A stretch of 64,000 nt of DNA, from positions 77,284 to 141,283 of the forward strand of contig CAVUIW010000002.1 in NCBI GenBank assembly GCA_963741525.1, written 5' to 3'. A program made the translations under genes and the position numbers. This DNA is from an uncultured Alphaproteobacteria bacterium. GTDB lineage: Bacteria > Pseudomonadota > Alphaproteobacteria > Rhizobiales > Hyphomicrobiaceae. The notes under the pieces were generated by a model. The model worked only from the letters and a program-made list of their open reading frames with translations. It made no database searches and was not told the origin of the DNA. Positions 59,311 through 64,000 of the stretch are shown here, piece after piece; within the stretch, counting starts at the first letter, position 1, and each line of letters begins with the position of its first letter.

Positions 59311-60900
59311 CTACCCCTTCCCCACCAAGTCCGCGGCCTTCTCGCCGATCATGATGCAGGGCGCGTTGGTGTTGCCGCTGACGATCTCGGGCATGATCGA
59401 GGCGTCCGCCACCCGCAAGCCCGACAATCCCCTCACCCGAAGCCGGTCGTCGACGACGGCGAGCTTGTCGTGCCCCATCTTGCAGGTGCCGACGGGGTGC
59501 CAGACGGTGTTCGAGGTGCGGCGGATGTAGCTTTCGAGCGCCTCCTCGGAATCAACATCCGGCAACGGATATGCCTGCCGGCCGCCGACTGATTCAAAGG
59601 CCTTCGAACGGCAAATCTCCAACGCCTGCCGCAAGCCCCGCTTCGTCAATTCCAGATCGCGCGGCGCGGCGAAGTAGTTGGGATCGATGAGGGGCTTGGC
59701 CAGCGGATCGGCGGAGAACAGCGTGAGTGCCCCCCGGCTCTGTGGCCGGCAGACATTGGCGAACAGCGAGTAGCCGTTCTTCTCGGGCGGCGCGCCGTCG
59801 AAGAAGCTCACATTGTAGGTCGGCTCGAAATGCCATTGAACGTCGGGCCATTCGGAGGCCGGATCGGTTCTGAGGAAAGCGCCCGCCTCGTCGAAGTTGG
59901 TGGCGAGCGGGCCTGTGGCCTCGCGCAGGTATTGTTCCTGCGCCGCCGCGAATTCCTTTTCGCTCAACGCCGAAACGCCGATCGGCTTGTCGATGGAAAA
60001 TCGGCAGATCGCATACATGTGGTCATGCAGGTTCTTGCCGACACCAGGGAGGTCGTGGACGGCCGGGATGCCGAGCGCCCTCAACTCATCCGCCGGGCCG
60101 ATACCGGAGAGCAGCAGCAGTTGCGGGCTGTTGATGGCGCCGCCCGAGAGCACGATCTCTGCGCTGGCGTGCGCCGTCTCGAGCTTGCCGTGGCGAAGAT
60201 ACTCGACGCCCGTGACGCGACCCTTCTCGACCAACAACCGCGTCGCCTGCGCGTGCGTCACCACCTCGAGGTTCCGGCGCCCGCGATTGGGATGCAGGAA
60301 CGCCACCGCCGTGCTGCAGCGGCCCGTCTTGCCAATGGTCGCCTGGAACCAGCCATAGCCTTCCTGTGTCGCGCCATTGACGTCGTCGTTGCGCGTCATG
60401 CCGGCGGCGGCGCAGGCCTCGAAGTAGAGCGAGGTCAGCGGGGAGCGCGACTTCTGATCGGCGACCGTCAGCGGGCCGGAGGCGCCATGAAACTCGTCCT
60501 TGATGCGCTCGTTCGTCTCCGACTTCTTGAAGTAGGGCAGCACGTCTTCATAGCCCCAGCCCTCGTTGCCGAGCTGGCGCCAATGGTCGTAGTCGCCGCG
60601 ATTCCCCCGCATGTAGACCATGTAGTTCATGCAGCTGGTACCGCCGAGGACCTTGCCGCGGTTGAGCGCGATCTTGCGGCCGTAGAGGCCCGCCTGCGGC
60701 ACCGTGCGATAGCCCCAGTCGTAGGGGCTATCCATGATCGTATCCATCATCGCGGGGATGCGGATGTTGATCCAATCGTCCTCGCCGCCCGCTTCAAGGA
60801 GAAGCACCTTGGCGCCCGCTTCGGCGAGCCGCGCCGCGACGACGCAACCCGCCGAGCCGGCGCCGATGACGATGTAGTCGTGCATTTCGATGGTGCTCAT
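59311..60900 (-). CDS. GMC-family FAD oxidoreductase (choline-dehydrogenase-like)
   Basis: YIVIGAGSAGCVVAARLAE, the NYMVYMRGN motif, and C-terminal VWHPVGTCKMG. The stop lies 3 nt from the atpC stop (convergent). Confidence 0.88.
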   Translation of the reverse strand: MSTIEMHDYIVIGAGSAGCVVAARLAEAGAKVLLLEAGGEDDWINIRIPAMMDTIMDSPYDWGYRTVPQAGLYGRKIALNRGKVLGGTSCMNYMVYMRGNRGDYDHWRQLGNEGWGYEDVLPYFKKSETNERIKDEFHGASGPLTVADQKSRSPLTSLYFEACAAAGMTRNDDVNGATQEGYGWFQATIGKTGRCSTAVAFLHPNRGRRNLEVVTHAQATRLLVEKGRVTGVEYLRHGKLETAHASAEIVLSGGAINSPQLLLLSGIGPADELRALGIPAVHDLPGVGKNLHDHMYAICRFSIDKPIGVSALSEKEFAAAQEQYLREATGPLATNFDEAGAFLRTDPASEWPDVQWHFEPTYNVSFFDGAPPEKNGYSLFANVCRPQSRGALTLFSADPLAKPLIDPNYFAAPRDLELTKRGLRQALEICRSKAFESVGGRQAYPLPDVDSEEALESYIRRTSNTVWHPVGTCKMGHDKLAVVDDRLRVRGLSGLRVADASIMPEIVSGNTNAPCIMIGEKAADLVGKG

Positions 60901-63314
60901 CCCCGCATCGCCTTCCCCTCAGGATCATACGGCGATGCTGCAATCACCTTCGCCTTCCGCTCCACTCCCACGACATGCACCGAAAGCGCCGTCCCTGGCG
61001 TAGCCAGCTTCGGCTCGATCAGCGCCATGGCAAGCGACTTCTTCACCGTGTGGCCCCAGCCGCCGGAGGTGACGTAGCCGACGCGCTTGCCGTCCGACCA
61101 GATCGGCTCGTAGCCGCTGGCGTCGGCATCGCCCGCATCGACCTCGATGGTCGCCTGCACGAACTGCGGCGCCGCCCCATCCCGCTCCGCCATCGCCGGC
61201 TTCCGGCCGATGAAATCCTGCTTCTGCCAGTCGATCCAGCGATCCATCGCCGTCTGGCGCGGCGTGTATTGCTGGCGGAACTCGGTGGTCCAGATGCCGA
61301 AGCTCTTTTCGAGGCGCAGGCTCAGCATGGCGTTGAAGCCGATCTCGCGGAGACCCAGATCCTTGCCGGCCTCGAGCAGCGTCCGCCGTAATGCGATGTG
61401 CTCTCCCGCCGCGCAGTTGATCTCGTAGCCGAGCTCGCCGCAGACCGACAGTCGCCCGACCTTCGCGCGGATCAGCCCCACGTCGATCGCCTGCAGGCCA
61501 TGAACGGGAAGGCGGCATTCGAGACGTCGGCATTCGTCACCCGCGCCAACACGTCCCGCGCCTTCGGCCCATTGAGCGAGAAGCCAACCGTCGCATCCGA
61601 GATGTCGCGCACCGTGACGCCGTCGCTCAGATGATCCTGGAACCAGCGCATGTGCCATTGGCGCAGATAGTAGCTCCCCATGATCCACCAGGTGCCGTCG
61701 CCCCAGTTGAAAACCGTCAGGTCGCCCTTGAGCTTGCCGTTCTCGCCCAGCATCGGCGCCAATCGCGCGCGGCCCGGCTTCGGGAGCTTGCCGGCCATCA
61801 GATGGTCGAGCCAGGCTTCCGCGTTCGGCCCCGTCACCTCGTAGCGCGAGAAGCCCGAGATATCGAGGAGCCCCACATCGTTGCGCGCCGTCTTGCATTC
61901 GGCGGCGACGATGTCGAAGGCATTGGAGCGCTTGAGGGTCGGCGTCTCGACGAAGTCCTTCGGCGCGAAGTAGAGCGGCACTTCCAGGCCCCAGGAGCAG
62001 CCCCAGCGGCAGCCGGCTTCCGTCATGGCGTCATAGGCCGGCGCCATCTTCAAGGGACGACCCGCCCAGAGCTGCTCGTTCGGATAGGTCATGACGAAGC
62101 GGCGGGAGTAGAACTGGCCGGTCGTCTGCCGGATGTACTCCTTGTTGGAGGCGAAGCTGCCGTAGCGGGCGATGTCCATGGAGTAGGCATCGGCCTCGGT
62201 CTCGCCGTGGATCATCCACTCGGCGAGCGTCTTGCCGACGCCGCCGCCCTGCAGGAAGCCCGCCATGACGCCGCAGGCGAGCCAGTAGTTCGGGATGCCG
62301 TGGATGGGTCCGACGAGCGGATTGCCGTCGGGCGAGAAGGTGAAGGCGCCGTTGACCCATTTGCGTGATGCCGACGCGGTTTCGAGCGCCGGATAGCGCT
62401 TGAAGACATGCGCCGAGCTCGTCCGAGATGCGGTCGACATCCTCCTGCAACAGCTCGATGCCGTAGTCCCAGGGCGCGCCGTCCATCATCCAATGCGCGG
62501 TGTTGACCTCGTAGATGCCGACGAGGACGCCCTTCAGGTCCTGCCGCATATAGGTGAAGCCCTCGAGATCGATCATCATCGGGATCTCTTGCGAGCCCAT
62601 GGCGGCGACCTCGGGGATCGTCTCGGTGAGCAAATAGTGATGCTGCATCGGCGAGACCGGCAGCTCGAGCCCGACCATGCGCCCGACCTGCTTGGCCCAG
62701 AGGCCGGCCGCGTTGACGACATGCTCGGCGGTGATCGTGCCCTTCTCGGTGACGACCTGCCATTCGCTGCCCTTCCAATGCAGCTCGAGCACGCGGTTGT
62801 GCTCGATGACCTCGGCGCCGCGCATGCGGGCGGCCTTGGCATAGGCGTGCACGGTGCCGGTCGTGTCGACATAGCCCTCGCGGTCGGCCCACAGGCCGCC
62901 GATGACGCCATCGGTGTTGAGGATCGGGCAGGCCTTCTTCATCTCCGCGGGCGTCATGAGGTGGCAATCCTCGATGCCGATGGTCTGGAAGATGCGATAG
63001 GCCGATTGCAGCCACTCCCAGCGGGCGGGGGCGGAAGCGAGCGTGATGCCGCCCGTCAGATGCAGGCCGATCGACTGCCCGCTCTCCTTCTCGATCTCGG
63101 AGAGGAGGTCGATGGTGTAGGCCTGGAGCGCCGCCATGTTGGGATCGGCGTTGAGCGCGTGCACGCCGCCCGCCGCATGCCAGGAGGAGCCGGCCGTCAG
63201 CACATTGCGCTCGATGAGCGCCACATCCTTCCAGCCGAACTTGGCAAGGTGATAGAGCACGGAGGCGCCGACGACGCCGCCGCCGATGACGACGGCGCGA
63301 TAGTGGGATTTCAT
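60897..63314 (-). pseudogene. Dimethylglycine/sarcosine-dehydrogenase-like protein (FAD DAO domain + GcvT domain) read through three frames
   Basis: Part 1 is MKSHYRAVVIGGGVVGASVLYHL...LLQEDVDRISDEL. Part 2 is AHVFKRYPALETA...VNGAFTFSPDGNPLVGP...AAFPFMA. Part 3 is LQAIDVGLIRAKVGRLSVCGELGYEI...PYDPEGKAMRG. The breaks lie near 62410-62420 and 61490-61500. The total is about 805 aa. Confidence 0.75.
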
Positions 63315-63389
63315 GGGGCATGCCTCCCGCGATGATCCGGTCGCGGGGAGCCTATCGACTAGACTCCGGCGCGGTCAATCGCGAGGGGT

Positions 63390-63741
63390 TTACTGCAGGT
63401 CGTTGACGGTCGCCTGCAGCTTCTTCAGCGCCTTCCGGTTCCGGGCTTCGGCCGCCTTGTAGCAGTCGCGCTCGATCTCGATGCGGGCGATCTCGAGGAG
63501 TTTCGGATCAGCGAGCTGTTCCGGGCCGGGTTTGTCGCTCGCGATCCGTGCTCGGCGTCTTGACCGCGCATTTGGCGCTGGCGGTGCCTTCAGGAGCGCC
63601 GGATCGATTTCCGGCAGCATCGGCTGGGCGATTGGCGGCGGGCTGGAGCGGTGCCGCTTCGACGCGTGGGGGAGCGCAGCCCTTGATGGGCAATAGCGCA
63701 AAAACAATCAGCAGTAAGGGCTGCACTGGTACGCGGAACAT
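63390..63741 (-). CDS. Hypothetical small protein; a lipoprotein-like N-terminus and a coiled C-terminus lie in different frames
   Basis: ORF 63508..63741 starts MFRVPVQPLLLIVFALLPIKGC (signal plus Cys). ORF 63390..63707 ends in LEIARIEIERDCYKAAEARNRKALKKLQATVNDLQ. This is possibly another frameshift. Confidence 0.3.
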
Positions 63742-64000
63742 AGCAACCGCCTAACGCACGCAGTGACAACGAACGCGGCCCCAGGCGGGGAATGGCAGGT
63801 TCCATGCCAAAGGCAGCGCAGCGTGAGTTTCGACGGTTGAGGGTGAACGAGCGGTGAAGGTTAGATATAGATTGTTGAGCACAATCAATCGCATGGATGG
63901 TGGAGGATGCAGTTAATCGACCGCAGGCGACTACTGGCCAGAGAGCGTCAAGGCCCGCTTGTACCAGAATCGCGCAAGCTTCGTATCGGCACTTGTCCCA

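Noticed and set aside
59305-59313. atpC and the GMC oxidoreductase converge with only 3 nt between their stops and no terminator hairpin
   Set aside because: This is a real observation, but convergent tight junctions are common in compact high-GC genomes. I saw nothing further to support a special mechanism.
63931-64000. Minus-strand frame ending ...ADTKLARFWYKRALTLSGQ-stop at the right window edge (possible 3' end of a gene)
   Set aside because: Only 22 codons are visible, which is not enough to call.

Overview
High-GC (about 65%) alphaproteobacterial, Rhizobiales-like chromosomal window. The assignment rests on a tRNA-His without G-1, regB-regA/senC, mraZ-rsmH-ftsL-ftsI and an atpHAGDC-type F1 operon. 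Most of it is housekeeping: division/cell-wall genes (ftsI, a PBP1A), the RegBA redox two-component system with SenC, an intracellular PHB depolymerase, two rRNA methyltransferases, bolA / J-domain protein / cobS / cobT, rpmB, F1 ATP synthase, and a GMC oxidoreductase next to a dimethylglycine-dehydrogenase-like gene. Five things are not ordinary. (1) An AT-richer block of about 5.3 kb abuts the 3' end of tRNA-His and encodes a membrane protein, a class-3 lipase and RTX/HAF-repeat secreted proteins. (2) A proteobacterial (class GN) sortase sits with its single VIT-vWA LPxTA target. (3) The F1 atp operon is interrupted at three junctions: a GlcG-like gene, a roughly 1 kb lower-GC insert carrying a VapD/Cas2-like gene, and a small Cys-rich ORF coupled to atpC. 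(4) Several families of small CTAG/TA-delimited palindromic MITE/REP-like elements are present. One 163-nt copy precisely splits a GIY-YIG nuclease gene, a second copy in inverted orientation brackets an MmcB-like nuclease gene, and a third sits immediately upstream of vapD. (5) At least 10 apparent single-base frameshifts split otherwise recognisable genes (cobT twice, the DMGDH-like gene twice, an M24 peptidase, the J-domain protein, RTX/HAF genes). Where I could see the local context (cobT first break, RTX module, second DMGDH-like break) the break sits in a 2-3 nt base run, so assembly error must be excluded before calling them pseudogenes. I saw no CRISPR array, rRNA, integrase or transposase. 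All protein family calls come from motifs read by eye in the supplied translations. No database search was run.
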